Source: an uncultured Acidimicrobiia bacterium
GTDB taxonomy: Bacteria > Actinomycetota > Acidimicrobiia > Spongiisociales > UBA11373
Assembly: GCA_963796115.1 (NCBI GenBank)
Contig: CAWCKE010000005.1
Location: 444,313 to 508,312 of the forward strand
Direction of reading: 5' to 3'
Length of the DNA: 64,000 nt
The notes below the pieces were generated by a model. It did no database searches. It saw only the letters and a program-made list of their open reading frames with translations, and was not told the origin of the DNA. This document shows, in pieces, positions 30,259 to 39,532 of the stretch. Both the position numbers and the translations under genes were made by a program. The first letter of the stretch is position 1. The number at the start of each line of letters is the position of its first letter.

Positions 30259-31418
30259 TGGCGGCCCTCGCCGAGATCGATCTGACCACCCGCCGGTCGC
30301 GGTCTCGGCCGGACTTCCTGCTGATCCTGGCCGCGGCGGCGCTGAGCGCTGCCGGCCTGGTGATGATCTACACCATCACCGCCCCTCGTCTGGAGGCGGC
30401 CGGGGTCGATCCCAGCGGCGACATGGTGCGCCAGGCCTTCTTCATGGCGGGCGGGGCGGTCGTCTTCATCGCCGCCTCGTTCATCGGCCCCCGACAGTGG
30501 AAGGAGCTGGCCCCGTACGCCTATGTCGCCGCGCTCCTCCTGCTGCTGTTGGTGCTCACCCCCGTCGGAGCGAGCCGCCAGGGCGCCCAGCGCTGGATCC
30601 CGCTCGGCCCCATAGACCTGCAGCCGGCGGAGTTCGCCAAGCCGGCCATGATCCTCGCCCTGGCGGCCCTGCTGTCGGCGTCGGAGGAAGCCAGGGTGGG
30701 CTGGGCGCGGGTTGGGCAGACCCTGGCGTTGGTGGCGGTGCCCTCGGCCCTCATCTTCGTGCAGCCCGACCTCGGCACCATGCTCGTGTTCGGGTTCGTG
30801 GCGGTGGTCATGCTGTTCGCCGGCGGGGCGAACGTCCGTCAGCTGGCCCTGCTGCTGGTGGGGGCGGTGATCGCGGTGGTCTTCGCCTTCCAGTTGGACA
30901 TCCTCAAGGACTACCAGCTGGATCGGCTCACCGGCTTCCTCAACTCGGGCGACGCCGAGCAGACCCTCAACTACAACCAGACGCAGAGCGAGATCGCCAT
31001 CGCCAGCGGCGGCCTCTTCGGAAAGGGCCTGTCGCAGGGCAGCCAGACCAACGGGGCGTTCGTCCCGGCCCAGCGGACCGACTTCATCTTCACCGCGGTG
31101 GCCGAGCAGCTGGGGTTCGTGGGGTCGGCGGTGGTGCTGGGGCTGTTCGCGGTGGTCGTGTGGCGGCTGCTGCGGACGGCCGCCGCCGCCCGGGATCGCT
31201 TCGGGTACCTGCTGGCGGTGGGGGCCGGAGCGCTGGTCGTGTTCCATGTCTTCGTGAACGTGGGGATGGTGCAGCGGCTCCTGCCGGTGACCGGCGTGCC
31301 GCTGCCGCTGATGAGTTACGGCGGGTCCTTCTACATCGCGATGGCCCTCACCCTGGGCATGGTGCACTCCACCTGGGTACGGCGCTCCCCGATGCCGGGG
31401 GAGCGCTTCTTCACCTGA
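30258..31418 (+). CDS. rodA: Peptidoglycan glycosyltransferase RodA (SEDS family).
   Basis: The ATG overlaps the pbp2 stop. MAALAEIDL..WIPLGPIDLQPAEFAKPAMILALAALL..FVQPDLGTMLVF..PAQRTDFIFTAVAEQLGF..LPVTGVPLPLMSYGGS. This is the last 386 codons of track ORF 29583..31418. Confidence 0.9.
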   Translation: MAALAEIDLTTRRSRSRPDFLLILAAAALSAAGLVMIYTITAPRLEAAGVDPSGDMVRQAFFMAGGAVVFIAASFIGPRQWKELAPYAYVAALLLLLLVLTPVGASRQGAQRWIPLGPIDLQPAEFAKPAMILALAALLSASEEARVGWARVGQTLALVAVPSALIFVQPDLGTMLVFGFVAVVMLFAGGANVRQLALLLVGAVIAVVFAFQLDILKDYQLDRLTGFLNSGDAEQTLNYNQTQSEIAIASGGLFGKGLSQGSQTNGAFVPAQRTDFIFTAVAEQLGFVGSAVVLGLFAVVVWRLLRTAAAARDRFGYLLAVGAGALVVFHVFVNVGMVQRLLPVTGVPLPLMSYGGSFYIAMALTLGMVHSTWVRRSPMPGERFFT

Positions 31419-31453
31419 GCGCCCCCGCCCGGCCCCCGGCTAGCCTGTGAGCC

Positions 31454-32035
31454 ATGGATCGGCGGGACTCCCGGGGGTGGGTCGAGGTCATCTGCGGCCC
31501 CATGTTCTCGGGGAAGAGCGAGGAGCTCATCCGCCGCATCGTGCGCTACCAGCTGGCCCGGGTGCCCACGCAGACCTTCAAGCCGGCCATCGACGACCGC
31601 TACGGGGTGGCGCAGGTGGTGTCGCACAGCTCGTTGTCGGTGGCGGCCGAGCCCGTCACCGACAGTGCCGACCTGCTCCGCAAGGTAGAGGACCGCACCG
31701 TGGTGGTCGGCATCGACGAGGGCCAGTTCTTCGACATGGGGTTGGTGGAGGTCGTGGAGCGGCTGGCGGCGACGGGCAAGCAGGTGATCGTGGCCGGCCT
31801 GGACCTCGACTACCTGGGACGCCCCTTCGAGCCGATTCCCACGCTGATGACCCGGGCGGAGTACGTGACCAAGAGCCTGGCGGTGTGCCACCGCTGCGGC
31901 GGGGCCGGCATGTTCACCCAGCGGGTCATCGAGTCGGACGAGCTCGTGGTGCTGGGGGCGGTGGGCGCCTACGAGGCCCGGTGTCGCTACTGCTACACAC
32001 CGGGGGAATCCCGCCAGGAGCGCCTCTCGATCTAG
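31454..32035 (+). CDS. tdk: Thymidine kinase.
   Basis: Intact 193-aa ORF. VICGPMFSGKSEELIRR (P-loop), VVGIDEGQFF, CHRCGG..ARCRYC zinc ribbon. Confidence 0.9.
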   Translation: MDRRDSRGWVEVICGPMFSGKSEELIRRIVRYQLARVPTQTFKPAIDDRYGVAQVVSHSSLSVAAEPVTDSADLLRKVEDRTVVVGIDEGQFFDMGLVEVVERLAATGKQVIVAGLDLDYLGRPFEPIPTLMTRAEYVTKSLAVCHRCGGAGMFTQRVIESDELVVLGAVGAYEARCRYCYTPGESRQERLSI

Positions 32036-32264
32036 TGACGCCGGGTGGGGAAGCGCCCGTGGTAACCTCCCCCCGCCGTCGGCGCCGGCCGTGCCAGGAC
32101 CCCGGCGGCGCCCGATCCGGACCGAACGGAGCCAGCGGTGCAGAGTTCCGCGTTCCCGTCCCGGTGCCAGCCTCTTTTCCCGGCCCCGGGTCTGCACAGG
32201 TCGTCTCGCGACCAGGCTGAGACGCGTCTGTGCCGGCCCCGGGCGGTGTCCAACGTTCACACAG

Positions 32265-32288
32265 GGGCGCCCCCCTCTCCGGGCGCCC
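32265..32288 (+). promoter_or_regulatory. 5'-UTR hairpin GGGCGCCC-ccctctcc-GGGCGCCC abutting the rne Shine-Dalgarno (GAGGAG at 32289-32294).
   Basis: Two copies of the self-complementary octamer GGGCGCCC are separated by 8 nt. They lie within a 266-nt untranslated gap upstream of the RNase E/G gene. Confidence 0.35.
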
Positions 32289-32301
32289 GAGGAGTCAGGC
32301 C

Positions 32302-33834
32302 ATGGGTTTGTTTCGCAAGCGTCCCGCCGAGGTCGTCCGCAAGGGCGTGGGCGACCAGGCAATTGAAGAGAAGACCGTGCGCCGCGTCGGGCGACGCACC
32401 GTCGAGATCCGCCGCGTCCGCGAGGTAGAGGCACCCACCCAGGCACCGGCCAAGCCGGCCGTGTCGGACCGGGCGCGGCGCCCGAGGCGAGAGAGATCGC
32501 GCCGGGCCGCGCCCCGGCACCTCGAGGTCGTCATCCCGACGCCGGAGACGGAGCGCAAGCAGATGCTCATCCGGCGCACCCCGCACCAGACGCAGATCGT
32601 GGTCCTCGAAGGCGCCCTGCTGGTGGAGCACTACGTGGCGCGCTCCGATCGCCGCTCGCTGGCGGGCAACGTCTATCTGGGCAAGGTGCGCAACGTCCTT
32701 CCGGGCATGGAGGCGGCCTTCGTCGACTTCGGCGAGGCCAAGAACGGGGTGCTCTACGCCGGGGACGTCCAGGCCGACTCCCACGGCAACGGTGGCCGTC
32801 ACCAGCGGATCGAGAAGGCGCTCAAGGTGGGGGACGAGGTGCTGGTCCAGGTGTCGAAGGACGCCATGGGCACCAAGGGCGCCCGACTGACGAACCAGGT
32901 GAGCCTTCCCGGCCGGTATCTGGTCCTCGCCCCGGATTCCGAGGTGCGCGGGATCAGCCGGCGGCTGCCCGACCCCGAGCGCGAGCGCCTCCGCAAGCTG
33001 GTGGCCGACCTGAGCCCGCCGGGATTCGGGGTCATCGTGCGGACGGCGGCCGAGGAGGCGAGCGAGGAGGAACTGCGGGCCGACGTCGACCGCCTGCGAC
33101 AGGTCTGGGAGGACATCTCCGCCAAGATCCCCCTTGGGGGAGCCCCCCGCCTGCTGCACGAAGAACCGGACCTGGTGCTGCGTGTGGTGCGGGAGCACTT
33201 CACGGGCGACTTCCGCCGGCTCATGATCGACGACCCGGCCGTCCGGCGGTCGGTCGTCGAGTACCTGGAAGCCACCGACCCCGACCTGGTGAGCCGGGTT
33301 CACGAGTACCAGGACGAGATCCCCCTCTTCGACCGCTTCCACGTCCAGGACCAGCTGCGCAAGGCGCTGGATCGCAAGGTGTGGCTCCCTTCGGGCGGGC
33401 ACATCTGCATAGACCGCACCGAGGCCCTCACGGTCATCGACGTGAACACCGGGCGGTTCGTCGGCCACTCCAACCTCGAGGAGACGGTGCTGCAGAACAA
33501 CCTGGAGGCTGCCGAGGAGATCGCCCACCAGCTGCGCCTGCGGGACATCGGGGGGATCATCGTCATCGACTTCATCGACATGGAGATCGCCAAGAACCGG
33601 GAGGCGGTGCTGCAGCGGCTGCGCGAGTCGCTGGCCAAGGACAAGACCCGCACTCAGGTTTTCGACGTCTCGCACCTGGGCCTGGTGGAGATGACCCGCA
33701 AGAACGTCTCGGAGGGGCTGCTCGAGTCGTTCTCCCGCGTGTGTGAGCGATGCGGGGGGCGGGGGGTGCTCCTCTTCGAAGAGGCCGCCACGTCCGGCGG
33801 CCCCATACCGTGGGCCGACGAAGCGGAGGGTTAG
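32302..33834 (+). CDS. rne: Rne/Rng-family endoribonuclease (RNase E/G), with a short Arg-rich N-terminal extension and no long C-terminal scaffold.
   Basis: The ATG at 32302 follows GAGGAG. S1 domain GNVYLGKVRNVLPGMEAAFVDFG. Catalytic core ..VLVQVSKDAMGTKGARLT..GVIVRTAA..IDRTEALTVIDVNTG..IGGIIVIDFIDM..GLVEMTRK. Confidence 0.85.
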   Translation: MGLFRKRPAEVVRKGVGDQAIEEKTVRRVGRRTVEIRRVREVEAPTQAPAKPAVSDRARRPRRERSRRAAPRHLEVVIPTPETERKQMLIRRTPHQTQIVVLEGALLVEHYVARSDRRSLAGNVYLGKVRNVLPGMEAAFVDFGEAKNGVLYAGDVQADSHGNGGRHQRIEKALKVGDEVLVQVSKDAMGTKGARLTNQVSLPGRYLVLAPDSEVRGISRRLPDPERERLRKLVADLSPPGFGVIVRTAAEEASEEELRADVDRLRQVWEDISAKIPLGGAPRLLHEEPDLVLRVVREHFTGDFRRLMIDDPAVRRSVVEYLEATDPDLVSRVHEYQDEIPLFDRFHVQDQLRKALDRKVWLPSGGHICIDRTEALTVIDVNTGRFVGHSNLEETVLQNNLEAAEEIAHQLRLRDIGGIIVIDFIDMEIAKNREAVLQRLRESLAKDKTRTQVFDVSHLGLVEMTRKNVSEGLLESFSRVCERCGGRGVLLFEEAATSGGPIPWADEAEG

Positions 33835-33893
33835 ATCTACGGTTCCGGCCCGGCGCTAACATATCTCTTTCCCCGTCCTGAAGGACCTGGACC

Positions 33894-34394
33894 ATGTACG
33901 CGATCATCCGCACCGGCGGGAAGCAGGCGAAGGTGCACGAAGGTGACGTCATCGACGTCGAGCACCTGCGCGCCGAGGGTGAGGTCGGTTTCACGCCGCT
34001 GCTGCTGGTGGACGATGCCGGCACCGTGTTCTCCCAGCGTGACGTCCTGAAGGACGCCAAGGTGGTCGCCCGGGTCGTGGGGGAATCCTCCGGCCCCAAG
34101 GTGGATCTGTTCAAGTACAAGTCGAAGACCGGGTATCGCCGCCACCAGGGTCATCGCCAGCGCTACACGACGCTCGAGGTCATTCGCATCGACGCCCCCG
34201 AGGGGGCCAAGCGGAATCCGCCGGAGCCCAAGCCGGCCGAGCCCGCCGCTGCCGCCCCGGCCGTCGAGGAAGGCGCGGAGCGGACGGCGGGCGCCGCTCG
34301 CGCGGCCAAGCCCGCCCCCCGGCGCAAGGTGGCGGCCAAGGCCTCCGCCGGGCCGGCCCCGGCCGTCGAGAAGAAGAGCAAGAAGGAGTCCTGA
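33894..34394 (+). CDS. rplU: 50S ribosomal protein L21 with a ~60-aa Ala/Pro/Lys-rich C-terminal extension.
   Basis: [46 protein letters not shown], then [29 protein letters not shown]. Confidence 0.95.
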   Translation: MYAIIRTGGKQAKVHEGDVIDVEHLRAEGEVGFTPLLLVDDAGTVFSQRDVLKDAKVVARVVGESSGPKVDLFKYKSKTGYRRHQGHRQRYTTLEVIRIDAPEGAKRNPPEPKPAEPAAAAPAVEEGAERTAGAARAAKPAPRRKVAAKASAGPAPAVEKKSKKES

Positions 34395-34648
34395 TGTCGA
34401 AGACGAAGGGTGGCGGCTCCACCAAGAACGGCCGCGAGTCGGCTGCCAAGCGGCTCGGCCCCAAGGTCTTCGACGGCCAGCGGGTCAAGTCCGGCGCCAT
34501 CCTGGTGCGCCAGCGCGGTACTCGCATCCATCCGGGTGACAACGTCGGCAAGGGCGGCGACGATACGTTGTTCGCCGAGGCCAGCGGGCTCGTCGCCTAC
34601 GGCGAGCGCCGGGGGCGCCGCCAGGTGAGCATCGTCCCCGAGGACTGA
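34394..34648 (+). CDS. rpmA: 50S ribosomal protein L27.
   Basis: [61 protein letters not shown]. Confidence 0.95.
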   Translation: MSKTKGGGSTKNGRESAAKRLGPKVFDGQRVKSGAILVRQRGTRIHPGDNVGKGGDDTLFAEASGLVAYGERRGRRQVSIVPED

Positions 34649-34670
34649 TGCCCTAGGCCCTGGGAGGGCC

Positions 34671-35951
34671 GTGTTCGTCGACGAGGCCAAGATCCGGGTT
34701 CGCGCCGGTGACGGGGGTGCCGGTGTCGCCTCCTTCCACAAGGAGCGGGGCAGGCCGCGCGGCCGGTCCGAGGGGGGCTCGGGCGGCGCGGGGGGCGACG
34801 TGATAGTGGAGGCCGACCCGGCCGTGGCCTCGCTCCTCGACTACCAGCGGCGGCCGAATCGGCGCGCCGGAGACGGCGCCCACGGCCGCGGGGACCTGCA
34901 GCACGGACGGCGCGGCGCCGACCTCGTGCTGGCGGTGCCGGTGGGGACGGTGGTCCGTGACGAGCAGGGCACGGTCCTCGCCGACCTGGCCGAGCCGGGA
35001 AGCCGGGTGGTGGTCATGGAGGGAGGGCGCGGTGGCCGGGGCAACGCCGCCCTGGTGAGCGCCCGCAATGTGGCCCCCACCTTCGCCGAGCAGGGGGAGT
35101 ACGGCGAGGAGGCGGAGATCACCCTGGAGCTCAAGCTCACCGCCGACGCGGCCATCGTCGGGTTCCCCAACGCCGGCAAGAGCACCCTGATATCCCGGGT
35201 GTCGGCCGCCCGCCCCAAGGTCGCCGACTACCCCTTCACCACGCTGGAGCCTCACCTCGGTGTGGTCGAGGTGGACGACCGCCAGTTCGTGCTCGCCGAC
35301 ATACCCGGCCTGGTGGAGGGGGCCGCCGAGGGGCGGGGCCTCGGGCATGCCTTCCTGCGCCATGCGGAGCGAGCTCGGGCGCTGCTCCTGCTGCTGGACC
35401 CTTCGCCGCTCCAGGAGATGCCGGTGGCCCGTCAGCTCGGCGTTCTGGCTGCCGAGTTGGAGCGGCACGACCCGGCCCTGGCCGCCCGCCCCAGGGTGGT
35501 AGCGGTCAACAAGATCGACCTGCCCGGCGCCGCCGAGGCCGCCGCCTCGCTCGGCGCCGCCCTGGGCCGCCCGGTGCACGCGGTCTCCGCCATCACCGGG
35601 GAAGGAGTGGAGGCGCTCATGCACGCCGTGGCCGACGTGGTGGACCAGGCCGTGCGGGAGGCCCCGGGGCGACGGAGCTACCTGCTGCACCGCCCGGCCC
35701 CGCCGGGCTTCGCGGTGCGCCGGGAGGGCGAGCGCTGGGTGGTCGTTGGGAAGGCGGCGGAAAGGGCGGTGGCCCTCGACGACCTGACGGTGCCGGAGGC
35801 GGCCGACTTCGCCGCCCGGCGCCTCGCCCGGGCCGGGGTGGACGATGCGCTGCGCCGGGCCGGAGCCCGGGCCGGCGACGAAGTGCAGATCGGCGACCTG
35901 GTCTTCGAGTTCCAGGAGGAGCACGAGAAGGAGCCCGGCCCGGCGGATTAG
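34671..35951 (+). CDS. obg: GTPase Obg/CgtA.
   Basis: Intact 426-aa ORF. MFVDEAKIRVRAGDGGAGVASFHKE.., GGRGG glycine-rich Obg fold, G1 GFPNAGKST, DIPGLVEGA, NKID. Confidence 0.95.
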   Translation: MFVDEAKIRVRAGDGGAGVASFHKERGRPRGRSEGGSGGAGGDVIVEADPAVASLLDYQRRPNRRAGDGAHGRGDLQHGRRGADLVLAVPVGTVVRDEQGTVLADLAEPGSRVVVMEGGRGGRGNAALVSARNVAPTFAEQGEYGEEAEITLELKLTADAAIVGFPNAGKSTLISRVSAARPKVADYPFTTLEPHLGVVEVDDRQFVLADIPGLVEGAAEGRGLGHAFLRHAERARALLLLLDPSPLQEMPVARQLGVLAAELERHDPALAARPRVVAVNKIDLPGAAEAAASLGAALGRPVHAVSAITGEGVEALMHAVADVVDQAVREAPGRRSYLLHRPAPPGFAVRREGERWVVVGKAAERAVALDDLTVPEAADFAARRLARAGVDDALRRAGARAGDEVQIGDLVFEFQEEHEKEPGPAD

Positions 35952-35980
35952 CGCCCGGCCGCGTCCCGTACACTCGGCCT

Positions 35981-36856
35981 ATGGAGCCCTCTCTGACCGA
36001 CTCTGCCCAAGTGACCGCCGCCCTGCGCGCCCAGGGCTACCTGGCCGACGAGCGCATCTCCCAGGTGGTGTTCCTGGCCATCCGCTTGGGGAAGCCGATC
36101 CTGGTCGAGGGACCGGCCGGGGTCGGCAAGACCGAGCTGGCCAAGGCCCTGGCCGGGCGCCCTCGGCCGCCGGCTGATCCGCCTGCAGTGCTACGAGGGC
36201 CTCGACGAGGCCAAGGCCCTCTACGAGTGGAACTACCGCAAGCAGCTGCTGCGGATCCAGGCCGACCGGGGCCGCGGCCTGGGAGGAGGTGCGAGGAGGA
36301 CATCTTCAGCGAGGAGTTCCTGCTCACGCGGCCGCTGCTGGAGGCGATCCGTTCGCCCCGAGCCCGTGGTGCTGCTGATCGACGAGGTCGACGGATCGAC
36401 GTGGAGATCGAGGCGATGCTGCTCGAGATCCTCTCCGACTTCCAGGTCTCGATCCCCGAGCTGGGGACCATGCGGGCGACGTCGCACGCCGATCGTGGTG
36501 CTCACCTCGAACAACACCCGCGAGCTGACCGAGGCGCTCCGGCGCCGCTGCCTCTTCTCTGCACATCGACTACCCGTCCCCGGAGCGGGAGAAGGAGATC
36601 CTGCTGGCCAGGGTGCCCGGCCTGCCCGACGCGCTCGCCGAGCAGGTCGCCCGCCTGGTGCGCAGCCTGCGCTCCCTGGCGCTGCGCAAGCCGCCTTCGG
36701 TGAGCGAGTCGATCGACTGGGCGCAGACCCTGCTGGCGCTCGGCGTGGAGCGGCTCGACCGGCGGGTGGCGAGTGGACACGCTGCACGTGGTTCTCAAGC
36801 ACCAGCCGGACATCGAGAAGGCGGTGGCCGACCTCGGAGAGCCGGGGGAGGGGTAG
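35981..36856 (+). pseudogene. MoxR-family AAA+ ATPase (CoxD-like), with at least 7 frame changes between ~36155 and ~36775.
   Basis: TACACT at 35969-35974 lies 6 nt before the ATG. Fragments in alternating frames: ILVEGPAGVGKTELAKALA (Walker A) / LGRRLIRLQCYEGLDEAKALYEWNYRKQLLRIQ / EDIFSEEFLLTRPLLEAIRS / VVLLIDEVD (Walker B) / IDVEIEAMLLEILSDFQVSIPELG / IVVLTSNNTRELTEALRRRCLF / HIDYPSPEREKEILLARVPGL..SVSESIDWAQTLL / VDTLHVVLKHQPDIEKAV. Confidence 0.75.
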
Positions 36857-36860
36857 GCGC

Positions 36861-38290
36861 GTGCTCGACCTGCTCACCGGCTTCGTCGGCGAGCTGCGGG
36901 CGGCCGGGCTGCCCGTTTCCACCGTGGAGGCAATCGACGCGGCCACCGCCCTCTGTCACACCGATCTGACGAGCCGGCCGGCGGTGCGGACCGCCCTGGC
37001 CGCCACGCTGGTGAAGAGCGCCCGGTACATGGACGCCTTCGACCTGGCCTTCGACGTCTACTTCGGCTCCCGTCCTCCCGAGCCCGGGTCGGCGGCCGAG
37101 GCAGCGCTGGAGGCGGCCGACCTGGCCGCCATCGCCGCGGCTCTCGGAGGCTGGGCCGAAGGTGACGGGGATCCCGCCCTCCTGGCGGAGGCCCTGTTCC
37201 TTGCGTTGGAGAGTGGCGACCGGGCACTGCTGGAGGCGGTCGCCCGCCGGGCGGTGCGCCTGCTCAGCGGGATGGAGGCGGGGAGGCCCCTGGGCGCGGC
37301 CTACTACCTGTATCGGGTGATGCGGCAGCTGAACGCGCCCCACGTGCGGCGGCGCCTGGGCGAGGCTGCGGCGGGGACGGACGCTCTCGCCCGGCGCCTG
37401 GAGGCGGAGGAGATGGCCCGGCGCTTCGAGGAGTTCCGGCGCGTGGTCGAGGCCGAGATCCTGCGGCGGCTGGTGGCCGATCGAGGCCCGGAGGCCGTGG
37501 CCCGGGTGCTGCGCCGGCCGCTGGTGGAGGACGCCGACCTCACCGCCGCCACCACCGCGGAGCTGGCCGAGATCGAGCGAGCCCTGCATCCCCTGGCCCG
37601 GCGCCTGGCGGTGCGCCTGTCTCGACGGCGGCGGGGGGGAAGCGGGCGCCTGGACGTGCGGCGCACGTTGCGCGCCGCCCTGTCCAGCGGGGGCGTGCCC
37701 GCTCGACCCGCGCTTCGCAAGCCCCATCGCAGCAAGCCGGACATCGTCCTGCTCTGCGACGTGAGCGGTTCGGTGGCCACCTTCGCTCGCTTCACCCTGC
37801 AGATCGTGCTACGCGCTGGCCGCCCAGTTCGCCCGGGTTCAGTCGTTCGCCTTCGTCGACGCCCTCGACGAGGTCACCGGGTACTTCGGGCCGGGCGTGG
37901 ACTTTGCCGACGGCGTCAAGCGCATGGAGGCGGGGGCGCGGGTGGTGTGGCTGGACGGGCGGTCCGACTACGGGCGGGCCTTCGGCCAGTTCGTCGAGGA
38001 CTACTCGGGCCGGCTCGGCCCGCGGACGACGGTGATCGTCACCGGGGACGCCCGCAGCAACTACCGGAGCCCCAACCTGGCGGCCTTACATCGCATCGCC
38101 CAGAGCTCGCCGCGCCCTGTTCTGGCTCAACCCCGAGCGGAGCCGGGCGTGGGACACCGGCGACTCGATCCTGGCCACCTACCGGAGCGTCTGCGACGGC
38201 GTGTACGAGGTGCGCACCCTGCGCCAGTTGGCCGCCTTCGTCGAGCAGGTGGCTCTTCCCAGCGCCCGCCGCGTACGCCGAACCGGCTGA
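36861..38290 (+). CDS. VWA-domain protein of the CoxE family (partner of the MoxR ATPase), with frame changes at approx 37810 and 38105.
   Basis: GTG at 36861. VLDLLTGFVGELRAAGLPVSTVEAIDAATAL..LVKSARYMDAFDLAFDVYF..KPDIVLLCDVSGSVATFARFTLQ (MIDAS DxSxS) / FADGVKRMEAGARVVWLDGRSDYG..TTVIVTGDARSNY / LFWLNPE..WDTGDS..YEVRTLRQLAAFVEQV. Confidence 0.7.
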
Positions 38291-38381
38291 GGCGGCGCGG
38301 CCCGCCGCCGTTTGTCGATCCCGGCCCTAGGTGTCTCTGCGGGGTTCTCGTTTGCATCCTCGGGTCGCGGCTGCCAGTATT

Positions 38382-38393
38382 GAAAACGTTCTC
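38382..38393. promoter_or_regulatory. Candidate LacI-family operator (imperfect palindrome GAAAACGTTCTC).
   Basis: 10 of 12 positions are self-complementary around a central CG. It lies in an unusually AT-rich stretch 33 nt upstream of the LacI-family gene at 38426. Confidence 0.35.
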
Positions 38394-38425
38394 GATATCG
38401 TTCTCAGCAACCTGAAGGGCAGTGG

Positions 38426-39466
38426 GTGGCCTTGGACGCTCGGGTGACGATCGGCGACGTGGCCTCCGAGGCGGGAGTCTCCATCTCCACCGTCTCACGG
38501 GTGGTCAACGGCCACTACGGCGTCGCCCCTTCGACACTCTCCCGGGTCCGAGCGGTGATCGACGAGCTCGGCTACGAATCGAGCCTGGTGGCCCGCAGCC
38601 TGCGCAGCCGCCGCACCAACGTGATCGGGATCGTCGTCGCCGACCTCGAGCCCTTCAGCGCCGAGTTGCTCAAGGGAGCCGCCCGCGCCATTCGAGGAAC
38701 CGGCTACGAACTCATCGTCTACTCGGGCGGCGGCCACATCGAGGACGACGTCGGCTGGGAGAACCGTTACATCTCTCGGCTGAGCGGCACCCTCACCGAT
38801 GGGACCATCCTGGTGACGCCCACCGTGGTGGACGTTCGCGGCAACGCCCCGATCGTCGCCGTCGACCCGCACGCCGGCCCGTTGCGTCTTCCCACCGTCG
38901 ATTCCCACAACCTCGAAGGTGCCATCACGGCCACTGAGTACCTCCTCGGGCTCGGGCACCGCCGCATCGGCTTCCTCGCCGGGCGCCCCGACCTCGAGTC
39001 GGCCCGCCTGCGTGAGGAGGGCTACCGGATCGCCCTGGAGAGGGCCGGGATCGACTTCGAGCCGGGTCTCTTCCGCGTCGGCGGCTACACGCCGGAATCC
39101 GCCGATGGGCCGGCCCGCGACCTGCTCGGGACGCCCGAGCCTCCGACGGCGGTATTCGCCGCCAACGATGTCTCGGCCATCCAGACGATGAAGGTAGCCC
39201 GCAGCCTCGGCATGGCTGTTCCCAAGGATCTGTCCGTGATCGGGTTTGACAACATCCCCGAGTCGGCGCTCACCGACCCACCCCTCACCACCATCGATCA
39301 GTCGATCCAGCAGATGGGCTATGAGGCAGCGAGGCTGCTCATCGGCCTGATCGACCAGCCCACCAGCGATCCAGTACATCTGACGCTGCCGACGGAGCTC
39401 GTGGTCCGGCAGTCGTGCCGGGCCATCGGCGCAGAGCACACATACACCGGGAGGAACGGAGAGTAG
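38426..39466 (+). CDS. LacI-family transcriptional regulator.
   Basis: Intact 346-aa ORF. HTH VTIGDVASEAGVSISTVSRVVNG, followed by a periplasmic-binding-fold sugar sensor domain (..VIGIVVADLEPFS..RRIGFLAG..VFAANDVSAIQ..SVIGFDNI). Confidence 0.9.
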   Translation: MALDARVTIGDVASEAGVSISTVSRVVNGHYGVAPSTLSRVRAVIDELGYESSLVARSLRSRRTNVIGIVVADLEPFSAELLKGAARAIRGTGYELIVYSGGGHIEDDVGWENRYISRLSGTLTDGTILVTPTVVDVRGNAPIVAVDPHAGPLRLPTVDSHNLEGAITATEYLLGLGHRRIGFLAGRPDLESARLREEGYRIALERAGIDFEPGLFRVGGYTPESADGPARDLLGTPEPPTAVFAANDVSAIQTMKVARSLGMAVPKDLSVIGFDNIPESALTDPPLTTIDQSIQQMGYEAARLLIGLIDQPTSDPVHLTLPTELVVRQSCRAIGAEHTYTGRNGE

Positions 39467-39532
39467 AAGCGGAGTCGTGAAGTCGTGTTCCGAACTTGGG
39501 CACAAGCCCCACGCCGGATGGGGGAGGAAGGA

